Part shown: in pieces, positions 1-10,065 of the stretch
Numbering within the stretch: the first letter of the stretch is position 1
Layout of the letters: each line of letters opens with the position of its first letter
Assembly (NCBI GenBank): GCA_964036045.1
Contig: OZ038378.1
Span: 7,316,001-7,380,000 of the forward strand
Source: Eutreptiella sp. 'Long Island Sound 2002'
Lineage: Eukaryota > Protista > Euglenida
Reading direction: 5' to 3'
Length of the DNA stretch: 64,000 nucleotides
Notes under the pieces: generated by a model
Told to the model about the DNA's origin: nothing
The model's input: only the letters and a program-made list of their open reading frames with translations
Databases searched by the model: none
Translations under genes and position numbers: made by a program

Positions 1-524
1 TTTGAGGAGTCGACGCCTCCGCCCACACTGCATGAGGACTCCCTCATGTATGGCCACGCTTCGTGGTAGTAGGGCGAGGGAAAAGACGGCCTTGATGCCC
101 GATCCCTTCAGGAGGAGTTCCCTTACGATTTGGGGTTCGTAAGGAGTTCGACTATGGCACTCTGGACTCGCGTCGTATGGATATGGACATGGTGCGCCCG
201 AGGAAGGACCCGTGGGGACTCTCCCCAGTCGGCGGGCCTTGGGAAGCTTGGGGTAGCCTGATGGATCTTTGTGGTCGCTCTCGACTTGTGGGGCCACCTC
301 GGCCGTCGTGTGACACCTATGTTGGCCGTGTATGCCACTGCCACTGTGGTGGTGACCGTAGCAGCCGGCACCCGGTGCGCCTGGTATGGGTTAACGGGTC
401 CTTTGGATGCCGAACAATCGCCGCCAGGACCCGGGACTTGATACTTGATACTATACATGTGCTACGAGCTGTTACAGCAGCATACCTATCCCACTGTGGG
501 ATACCTATCTTACTGTGACTTACT

Positions 525-534
525 GAAGTGAGGA
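525..534 (+). promoter_or_regulatory. possible polypurine tract before an LTR
   Basis: GAAGTGAGGA (9 of 10 purines) directly precedes TGTGACA at 535. Short and imperfect. Confidence 0.35.
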
Positions 535-3472
535 TGTGACACCCCCCCCCCCTTTCAGGGAGTGGTCCTGGGTACCCGCTGCCATGCGTGGGTGTTATCG
601 AGCCCCCCCAGGGTTTGCTCTAAGGAGGGGGGTGAAGCGGTACCCAGAACCCCATGGCCAGGTTACGGCATACAACCGGTCTCCGGTCCACTAACCCCAT
701 GCACGGCGTGTTCCGTGCCGTGAAGCCCCGCATCGGCATCCGATGCACCGCCAGCGGAGATTTGTGTATCAGAACATCAGGAATCAACAGGGTTTTATTT
801 TCATATTGTTTCCGTCAATTTTTATGCTTCCGTTCCGATACTCACTGTTTTGACTGCTGGCGGTTGGTTCGCGACTTTACCGTAACCGCCAGTTTAACTG
901 TTTATAATGGAAATTTTAACGCTATCCGCGACGAAGGCTCCAAAGTCGCCAGGAACTGCATGGATGCTTCCGCAATTTTCATAATTAATACTCGCAACCT
1001 TAATCCGAATTTTTCAGGATGTCGAAATCGGATTTTCGACTTCGACATCCCCGCACTTGATTTGACCTCTTTCGAGTGGACCTACGTGCTTCCGTATGCA
1101 CGAATCAACTTCCCTTTTATCCTGCCCTCCATTTGTCTTAAAGATATGGGCAAAATAAAGTTGATTCGTGAGGCCACTTGTGAAGGTCATATCTCGTGTT
1201 GCTTGCGAGGAATTACGATAAGAAAACGTGGGATGTATTCACAATACTCCCGACGTAATTTAGGAAGCATAATATGCCTTGCGTCTCCACACGTGCGCGC
1301 TAGTGTAATGGATCATGGTCAATAGGGTAGAGTTTGCGTTATAACCCTTTGGCCATGACATTGCGTGCGTTAAGATAACTTTCGAGTGTAGCGCGCAAGT
1401 GTTGGTGTTGCATAGGAACTCTCCTTGAGTTCCTATGACCGATTGACACAAAGTTATGCCCTTGGAGGGGCATGACATATCGTGGTGGGAGCCACCTTTT
1501 GGGGCAATATTTGGTATGTGCCATGTGTTGTGTTGCGTGCCCATTTGGCGGGTCCATTGCTCCAAGACAAGCCCGCCAATGGACCTCATATTGTGCAAGC
1601 CCCTTCTCCGTACTCCCTACGGTCAATTGCAAGCCTAACCTTCGTGAAGGGAAGCTTGTGTGGTGATCCCGAAGCGATGCGTTGGGAGCAAGGTGTGTAT
1701 TTTACATTTTTCCATATTTTCATGTGCCCACTTGGGAAGCAGCGCTCGTAACCTTTCAAGGCGCCCCAAGTGGAGCACATATGTGGAATCGAAGGTCATT
1801 GGTGTCAAGTCATTGTGTTTAGAAGGATTAGTTGATTGCACGATCCAAGCCAAAGATATTATAATATAATTGTGCGCCTTTCAAGGCACTTTGGTTTGTC
1901 TTTGTGCCAATTTTGCCGTTTATGGCCCGTCATGATGTCAAGTGGCGACCTTGTATCTCAACGTTGCGCTCAATTGACATCATGACCCAAGTATGTTATG
2001 AGGGTACATACTTCGGTAGCCAACATATCTTGGACCCGGCGAATAACTCCTCTTAGGCTTGGCATACCGTGGCCGCCATGTTGGCGATTTGGGACTATCC
2101 CAAATCATGGGCTCACATGGCGACCCTGCCATTCCCAATACCGGAGGAGTTGGGCGACGCCCCAAAGATATGTTGGACATATATGACTTGATACCAATCC
2201 CATGGCACACTCCGGTCCGAGTCGGGCATGTGCCTCATTTGCCCTAACCATGAGTGTGCGCAATTTTGGCCATTTTGAGCATTTTTCCACTTTCGCGGCC
2301 CGCCGTGCCCCATGTTCTAACCTTCGTGCACGCCGGACGCATGGACCAATGGACCATATATGACATGGGTGTTATGGGTAATGGTCCCCATGGTCCACAC
2401 ACCACGTGGGCGAAGCGGAGCCGCCTTCGTCAAGGCGCTAGGCCAAATTGAGTATGGGCAATTTTGCCATTTTTGCATTTGTGGACCCAATTGGGATCGT
2501 CACCACGCCGAGTGGCATGGAGATCTTTGAGAGCCAAGGGCATGGGAGTCTCCGTTGGACTCCCGGTGGATCGCGTATGGAGTAACGGATCCGATCTCCA
2601 AGCCGGCGTGGAGATATACTATTGGGAGCACACCGAATTTTGGCTCATTTCAAGCAGCCAAAATGACCCAATTTTGGGACCCCAATTTCCCCCTTCCGTG
2701 TGGTCAATTGGCGGCCCCATTTCTCTAAGCCCATAGGGAGCCCGGACCTAAATCCAAGTTGTACACTCAGATATAAGTCCTAGGTCCTGCTTCCTACCCT
2801 GTGAGCCATTGGCCTTACCTTGGCCGGGCGAGCCACGCGTGGGAATGACGCCAACTTTGGTGATCTTGGCATCATGGCCCCACCTGACTCATCCGTGTTG
2901 CCCTGATGCCGGGACCTCAGAGGGAACCAGGTTGGGTGAGGGCTCCAGGGAGTTCGTACTCAAAGGGCATAGGGTCAGTTGCCTCGTCCCTACCTCTGGC
3001 GGGTCCGGACGAGGGGTCAATTTTGGGAATTTTTGAGTTAGTTTCAGTTTGGGCTGAAACAGCCCATTTTCAGCTACCAACTCCTGGGTGATAATGGCGG
3101 GGCCATATCTCTGGCTCAGAGGGGAGTTGGGACCTGCCGCTAAGGGAGCATAGGGAGCCACTGTCGGTTGGCCTTGGAGCCTCTTGGTTCCCAGGAACTC
3201 GCCTGTGGCTGGGCGGGACACCTCTCCCATTGGCAGGGTTTCAGGGTCCGGACTGAGCAGGGCATGGGTTGTGTTTGAGCCCCCGCCCCCATCAGCCACT
3301 GAGAGGGTCGGACCTGGGATTGGGATATGAGTTGGGACTGAGTGTCTATTGTCCCTTGATGCCCTTACCCCAGTCCAGTCTTAACCCCATGTGTACATAT
3401 CCTGATGTGTTGCTGTACATACTTTCGTTCCCTCTTTGCAGAGTGGCAAGGATTCTGAAACGCTTTGTCACA
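535..3472 (+). mobile_element. putative long terminal repeat (about 2.9 kb), probably the 3' LTR of an element extending left of the window
   Basis: Starts TGTGACA (535-541) and ends TGTCACA (3466-3472), a 7-bp terminal inverted repeat with TG...CA ends. Purine tract on the left; no convincing ORF inside. Flanks differ (GAGGA vs TGACA), so no TSD. No second copy in the window. Confidence 0.5.
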
Positions 3473-3535
3473 TGACACAGGCGTATTGATGCCCTTGTGA
3501 GCGTAGTGCCTTGCCTGCCTGCTCACTTGTGCGTG

Positions 3536-4867
3536 TCACCGCAGCGTCCCGTGGCCGGCCCCCCACGGGAACGCGTCAGGATCTACGGCTAAATGACACC
3601 CACACTGCCGCAGGCACTGGCACCTAAACCGCTGTGGCTCGACTTCGGGGGGGGGTATGAAGCGGGGAACTCCGTCCCCGGCTTCCCTCATGGCGGTAGG
3701 GGGGGGTATGGACTGTGGTGGCTTGTACCTAGCCTGAGCTATGGTTATCCACTCCATAGAATATGGGGGTCCGGTTGGAGGAAAATCTGCATACTGCGGG
3801 TCCCCCATGCTGTCCTCATACTCCTGAACCAAACAGTACGAATCATCACAATCAAACTGTCTATCTGGTGCCACTAAGCCTACCGAGACACACTGGCAGA
3901 CCGTAACGGGCTGTCTGGGCGGGGTTACCAACCGCTGCTTGGGAGGAGAGGGTAACGGCTGCTCCCCTCCTAAGCTAGCGTTGCGTGTCGCTGACATGAG
4001 GGTGGCTACTGTGGTGACTTGCTGCACCGCCACAGCTACTGCCGCCGCTTGTTGTCCCAAAGAGGCCAACGTCTGCGTGATGGCGGCAGCCCATGTCGTC
4101 CATTGTACACTGGGAGTTTCCTCGCCTGGAGCCTCCTCAATCAATAGAGAGGGGAGATTAGGGTCGGTCCCAACTTCCCGCAGGACAGTCGGCTCGGAGT
4201 ACTCTGCCAACGTATCCACTAGGCAGTCCCGAGAGGCATCAAGTTGTAACCCATAGCATTTGAGGAACGGGTAGCCGACTATACAGCCATTGCTGATTTC
4301 GGCGGAGTATACAAAGACCTGCTCGCAGGTCAAAAACCCTTCGACTCCATGCCGGTCCCGCACGGGCACGGTGAGATCCAGCAAGGCCCCCATTGTCCCT
4401 CCTGCCACCGCGTCCCCTCCTACGGACGTAATGGCAAGGGGCTTCCGCGCCGGTTGGAGCGTACCGCTCGGAAAAAATGAGGGGGGAGCGATGGCAAAAG
4501 CCTGGCTCCCTGAGTCGACCAGGGTAGGTGCTGGGCTTTCTTCACCCGTTCTCCAGCGGGCACTGCCCTGCACCACCAATTCCCGGTGCGTGCCTGTTGA
4601 ACCAGGCGCGCGCCGGCGACGTACCGCACATACTCGGGGTCGTCGGAGGGTACGGCGCGTACGAGCATCGTATATTGGGCTCACCGGCACCGACCGTATG
4701 GTTGCAGTAGAAATGATGACCTTCAGCGCCGACGGAGACCGTACAGGGGGTGGATCCGTCAACGCCGGCCGAGCCTGCGGGGTGCCAGCAGTATGGTCAG
4801 CGTCCCGCAGCCTGGCTACTCTCTTGCAAGCGCGGCGCTCGCCTCTCGTAAGCCACCCCCGACGTCT
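3536..4867 (-). CDS. pol: retroviral-type aspartic protease (retropepsin) plus spacer; 5' part of pol
   Basis: Catalytic motif LVDSGS and downstream IVGYPFL motif. In frame with gag, separated only by TAG at 4868-4870. Confidence 0.8.
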   Translation of the reverse strand, partial: RRRGWLTRGERRACKRVARLRDADHTAGTPQARPALTDPPPVRSPSALKVIISTATIRSVPVSPIYDARTRRTLRRPRVCAVRRRRAPGSTGTHRELVVQGSARWRTGEESPAPTLVDSGSQAFAIAPPSFFPSGTLQPARKPLAITSVGGDAVAGGTMGALLDLTVPVRDRHGVEGFLTCEQVFVYSAEISNGCIVGYPFLKCYGLQLDASRDCLVDTLAEYSEPTVLREVGTDPNLPSLLIEEAPGEETPSVQWTTWAAAITQTLASLGQQAAAVAVAVQQVTTVATLMSATRNASLGGEQPLPSPPKQRLVTPPRQPVTVCQCVSVGLVAPDRQFDCDDSYCLVQEYEDSMGDPQYADFPPTGPPYSMEWITIAQARYKPPQSIPPPTAMREAGDGVPRFIPPPEVEPQRFRCQCLRQCGCHLAVDPDAFPWGAGHGTLR

Positions 4868-7800
4868 CTACTGACGCGGGTTCCTGGAGCGGCCCCTTGT
4901 TGGCGCGTTGGCTGCCGCGGGTTGGGCCGCGGTGTCTCCGTCGGCCTTCCCTTTGGCGTCCCCCTGAGGGGCTGCCTCGGCAGGCTTACCATCTTTGGCA
5001 TCCACTTGGGCCTGCCGGGCACAGGCAACATTTTCATTCACATGATATTGGCACTGGGCAGGGTGGTGGTCACCCCCACACCACATGCACTTGTCATCCT
5101 TGGCCATTTTAGTGGCATGTCGGAGGGCCCAGTCAACCTGTTTCTGTTGACTCGGGGTCAAGCCTTGGGCGGCGGCTTTGTCGTCCCCCTGGCGAGGCTT
5201 GCGGTCTCCCCAAGACCCGCTACCCCTGGAAGAGTCGCCGCGCCGCCCCTTGCCTTTGCCCCTGCCTTTGCCCTTCCCCTTGCCAGTTGTACGGCCAGGA
5301 GTGCGGTCCCGATTGTCATCCGCCTTCTTGGGCTTGGGGCAGTCTGCCGCCCGATGTCCCTTTTCACCGCAGTTGTGGCATGCGCCCTTGCAGGCTGCGG
5401 GTGCCGAGGCGCTGCGCGCCTGCGCCGGAGTTGCCGGTTGCGCCTCGTCATGGCGTTTTTGTTGCCACTTGCGCTTATCGCGCCAGGTGAGTTCGTACAC
5501 CACCTGGGAGTGCGCAGCCTCCCAGGTGAACTCACCGTGCAGTGCCTCTAACTTTGCCAGCTCGACAAGTTCCGCCCCGTAGCCTCCATGACGCTCAAGC
5601 GCCTGGCGCCACACCTGTTTGGCACGCTGTGGGGTGATGGCCCACTTGCGCGCCGTGCGGCGAGCGTGTAACACCCACTGGATTATCCAGAGGCTGTAGT
5701 TGGCCACAGTTTTTGGGCGGGGCAGGTCCATTGTGATCCATTGCTTCTCCAGGAGTTCGCCGGACACCCTGCCCTGGCCGATAGTAGAGGCCACGCCGTA
5801 TATCTGGTCGTATGTCCAGCCGGCATCCCGAACCAGACTGGCGTATAAGTTCCCTTCATCTGGGAAACACGAGCAGAAAACGTATGCTAGGAGATCTGGC
5901 GCCATGCGCTTACACCAAAATCCCCTGTAACGGTCCCATTCGGGCTCAAACGTGGCCCAGTCCCCTCGGAAGACCGGCCTTTTGAGGAGGTCTTTAATGA
6001 CTTGCCTAGTCTCGGGGTCTAGGGTTTCTAACTCCAGCTTGTCGCTGCCGAACAGCGCCCTGACCTGAACATTCGGGTCTTCGTGGGTGGGGGCACTGCC
6101 GGGCACGGAGTCATCAAGTACAGAAAAAGACCCTAGGTCGGGTGTGGCCAGGACTGGGGACTTACCCGCCCCCCCCAAACGAAGGCAAGTTACCCATAGC
6201 TGAAAGGGGGTCACTGTTGAAAAATTCCTGCACGTTGGAAAAACTCACGTGCTTCTCCCCATCATGGGTGGCCCCTTTCATGTCCAGCCCTGGAAGGTCA
6301 AACGTAGCGCCACCCGCTTCATGTAGCAATGTGGGGGCATTTGCCGGCGGCTTCGGGGTGGAGGGGTTGGTGTGGGGCCTCAGGATGTCCCCCAACCCCG
6401 AAAACTGCCCAACCCCTGGTGCAGGCATAGTTTCTCCATACGGGCAATGGGAAAAACGAGTGCCCTCTCCAGTCGAAACATGCGGCGGAGCCCCAGGCTC
6501 GGCCTTGACGGGGTAAGTGGGATGGGAAAGGCTGGGGTCGGGGTTCAAGTCCGACAAGGGGTAGGGGTGTCTCGACCATCCTCCCCGTCATCCGCACACT
6601 CATCCTCCCACTCCTGTAATTTTCCTTCTAATACCTCCATCGCATTCGCGAGGGTTTCCATACCATTCACGACCTCTGGGAGCTGCGTCTCCAAAGCCCG
6701 GAGGGAGGTGTCATGTTCCGCCACTCGGGCTTCCACTGCCGCCACATGAAAATTCAGGGAGGTGGATACGTCCGGGAGTTGGGCCCGTGGTCCAGGCACT
6801 TGCTGCCGTTCTTTTACCAGCGCCAACTCCTGGGCGTTGTGTTGGACTTGTCGTTTCAAAGACGCATACTGCCTGTTCACTTCGTGGACCCTCCTGGCTA
6901 ACGGGTTCATGACCTCTGTTTGCAGGCGATCCGAACCTGATTCCGTCAGTATCAGGCGATGGTGACAGTCCCTGATCTCCTCCAGGTGCTGGCGCCGGAT
7001 GGCTTCGAGGCTCTCCCTCATTTCACTTAGGACTTCCGCCTTCCAAGAGGCCTTGTCCTCGCTCTGGTGTAACACCCGGCCCCTGAGGTCAACCACCTGT
7101 GTGTTCAGCCGGGCCACTTCGTGTTCAAGGGCTTGATTGGCGTCCTCCAAAGAAGACACCTTAGATGCACACCAGGGGCAGCACCCGTCGCTGCCAGAGC
7201 ATGATTGAGAAGGAGGAGGGTCATTTGGTGGCTCAGGAGGTGGAGATTCCGTGGAGGCGCCAGTGCCCTTTTCCAGTATGGTGATTCTGTTGAGCGCTGT
7301 TTGCAAAGTTTGTTCACAGTAGTTCAGGCGCGACGTCGTCGCTTTGATTGTGATGGTGCGCCCATCCAACAAGCTTGCTGTCCTGTCCAACTGTTCTATC
7401 ACCGTTGTTTGCCGGATTTTTAAGGTCTGGTAATGACCCTCTAACATTCCCACCTTCGGCTCTAACCCATTGACCACACGTTGGAGAGTGGTGACCTGTT
7501 CAAGAGGGGCTGTAACCCTCCTGATTTCCGCCGTCTCCTGCGTGATGCGCTCGTAGGCCTTCGCGATGGTGGCCTCCTGGCGCGCCAACGCGCCCACGCG
7601 CTGCCCCATGTCGTTCAGGGAGGAGGACACGTCGTGGATGTGGCTGCTGAGCTGCAGCCCGGCGGCGTCCACTGAGGCTCGCACGCCTTCGGTGGCCGCG
7701 TGGCAGCTCTTGATGCCTGCCTCCGCACGCGTTGAGGACTCCTCCAAGCGCCGTAGGCGCGCCGCTGCTGCTACCTGCAGCAGTTCGTTGACGCTGCGCT

Positions 7801-8359
7801 CCACTGTGAACAAGGCGGTGTTGTGGGCCTCTTGCAGGCCCCGATGATCACGCCATAGGTCACCGATGTCGCGCTGTGCGGCCGTGACGGCGTTGCCCAG
7901 CGCCGCCGTGTTTCCTCTCATGGGCTCTAGATCGACTGCGATGCCTGCAAAGTGATGATCGTGGGTTTTCAACAGATCAAACACCTGCTGATCCCCGTTC
8001 AGTCCCGATCTCAGCGCCTCCGTGACAGCAGTCATAGCTTCACGGAGCTCCGTCACGCCGTCCTCCACCTGATGCAAGCGCTCAACGTGGTCACCGGTGT
8101 GGCTGATGGCTTGCCACTCGTGCGGACACCCATGTTGATCAACCCAGCGATGCCTCTCCACATTGACTAGCACGCGAGCTGCAGACAGGGTCGGTGGCAC
8201 TGATACTTGTGGATCAAACGCTGCTGCCTTCACAGGGCTTGAGAGGATCATCGGCTCCGCCGGAGTCTGTTGCTGTGTTGTAGACTCATACAGCTGCAGC
8301 CGCAACAGTTCAGGTTCACCGATGCTAACCATGGATTCACGAAACGATGTACTCAGCAC
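4868..8359 (-). CDS. gag: Gag-like polyprotein with long N-terminal coiled coil and C-terminal zinc knuckle(s); two compensating 1-nt frameshifts
   Basis: ORFs 6545-8359, 6162-6557 and 4868-6214 join with +1 nt at the G4 run 6558-6561 and -1 nt at the C8 run 6169-6176. CX2CX4HX4C knuckle plus a second CMWCGGDHHPAQC motif; heptad-like stretches over about 600 aa. Confidence 0.75.
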
Positions 8360-8670
8360 TCAGTCTTAGATCAGAAAGTCAGAGATTCACGCTGCAAGCA
8401 CCCGATGATGCTACCAACTGATAAGCCACTAGGCTCCTGCACAGGACCGATGCTGCAAAACACGTGACCTTTGTTTCAAAATCCAGACCACACTTGTACC
8501 TTTACCCTCAAAGCAACGCACTGCTCATACACTTCGTAGTTGTTGATCTTGTCCGTGAATCCACAGTCAACATGGTCACAAAGACCCTGTGCAACACACA
8601 GAAGTCCAGTCTCAGAATACTTTACAGAGCACATGCATACACGATGTGTAAAATGCAATCACCATGCTAT

Positions 8671-10065
8671 TTAATAATCGCTAATTATTCTCTCGTAATT
8701 CTGTCTGTGCTCTGTCGTGATTCTGTCTGTACTCTGTAGTATTGATGTCGTCTGTATTACGATGTCAGGCCTATCGCTCGATCTCGCAGATGAGTCGCGA
8801 TCGCCAGAGTTTGTACTCTGCTGCCTACTGCTAACAGTTTGATACCACGCCTGCTCAGCGAATGAAACGAATCTGGCCACACCCGGGCTCCTCCCAAGGT
8901 TGCTCTTGATGAAGTTGTTCTGCAGCTGCCGGTACCGGCACTTGACACCACGAAACAGTGCACGGTCAAGAGGTTGGATTCTGTCTGTAGTGTGACTTGG
9001 GAAGAGGACAACGGGAACACCGGCCTTCTTGCACACAGTCAGACCTCTCACTCCAAGATGTGTCCTTGACCCGTCCAAGAACAGCACGATCTTGTTGTAG
9101 GGATTACAGAGCGGATTCAATCTCGGAACCAGGACTTGCTCCACCCATTCAACAAATATCTCACTACTGGACCACCCAGTTCCGGTACCTTTGAGGATAA
9201 CCTCTCGGTCGCAGTACCTTAGATGACTCTCCTTTACAGTCTTGGTGTCAAACAACAGAATGGGTGGTAGAGCCTCTCCACTGGCAACCACTGCTGCAAT
9301 CACAGTCACAGCCTTCCGCTGATACCTCTGCCGCCGCGGCAGTGATCTCCGACCCCTGATGCTGTACACCTAGCGTGCCGCTGCCCTGGTGATGAAGTTC
9401 CGATGGAAGGAGGTCTCATCCATGTTCACGATGTACCGGCCGTTGTAGTCCACCTCTGCAAGGGCCTTGGAGGCTTCAGCAAAGAAGTCTCGCCAATGTT
9501 CTTCGTCCAAGCGACTGTCAGCACGCTGACTCTCCACCAGGCTTGGGGTACGGCCGACCACGTCCGTGTTGCGTGCTTTGAATAGGCGCCACCACTTGTT
9601 GCCTGACCGTAGCTTGAACCCGTGCTCCTCTGCATGTCTCCGTGCCTCCTCCACAATGTACACCTTGTATGGGGTCAAGGAACTCAGCAGCTGCTGCTCC
9701 AACCACTTCCTCATGTGGTCGTCTCGCACTGTGGGCGGCGGCCCAGGCCGTCCCATCAGCAGAGGCTCACTGTTCATGAAACGGAGCAGGTTCTTCTTGA
9801 TGGTCTTCTTGTCCACGGTGAACAGCCTCATGGCTCGCCTCTATGATCCCCGCCCAGCGGCAACCCAAGCGACGGCCTCTTCCAGGTTTGTGGTGTGCTG
9901 CGGCAGAGGATAGGATGCGTAGGGCTCGTGTTCCGTTCTGTTGATGCTTTTTGACTTGCGTTTGCCTCTCCTACCGGCCTTAGAACGCCCTTTTGGCAGC
10001 GTTTCACAGGTGCTCTCGATTTTGCGGTGAGCTGCAGCTCTACCGATACGGGATCCCAGTCGCAT
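8671..10065 (-). pseudogene. pogo/Tc5-family DDE_1 transposase with two in-frame TAG stops
   Basis: ORFs 9841-10065, 9370-9831 and 8671-9369 share one frame. Psq-like HTH (LEEAVAWVAAGRGS*RRAMRLFTVDKKTI), CENP-B-like HTH, and motifs IVNMDETS, LFLDGSRTH, FPSHTTDRIQPLD. Stops at 9841-9843 and 9370-9372. No TIR pair found. Confidence 0.9.

Larger units (their letters stand above)
3473..8359 (-). mobile_element. LTR retrotransposon internal region (gag-pro), truncated before RT
   Basis: Gag with CCHC zinc knuckle CHNCGEKGHRAADC, followed in the same frame by a retropepsin (LVDSGSQ ... IVGYPFL). No RT, RNase H or integrase motifs in the window. Confidence 0.85.

Noticed and set aside
1-390. Open minus-strand frame running off the left edge (…EPQIVRELLLKGSGIKAVFSL…)
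   Set aside because: No start codon and no recognisable motif; too short to call.
654-1325. 223-aa plus-strand ORF
   Set aside because: No motifs, unnatural composition, and it lies inside the putative LTR.
535-3472. Solo LTR
   Set aside because: Flanking sequences GAGGA and TGACA are not a target-site duplication.
4290-5582. Plus-strand ORFs of 130-250 aa overlapping gag-pro
   Set aside because: Antisense shadows of a GC-rich coding region; the motifs are on the minus strand.
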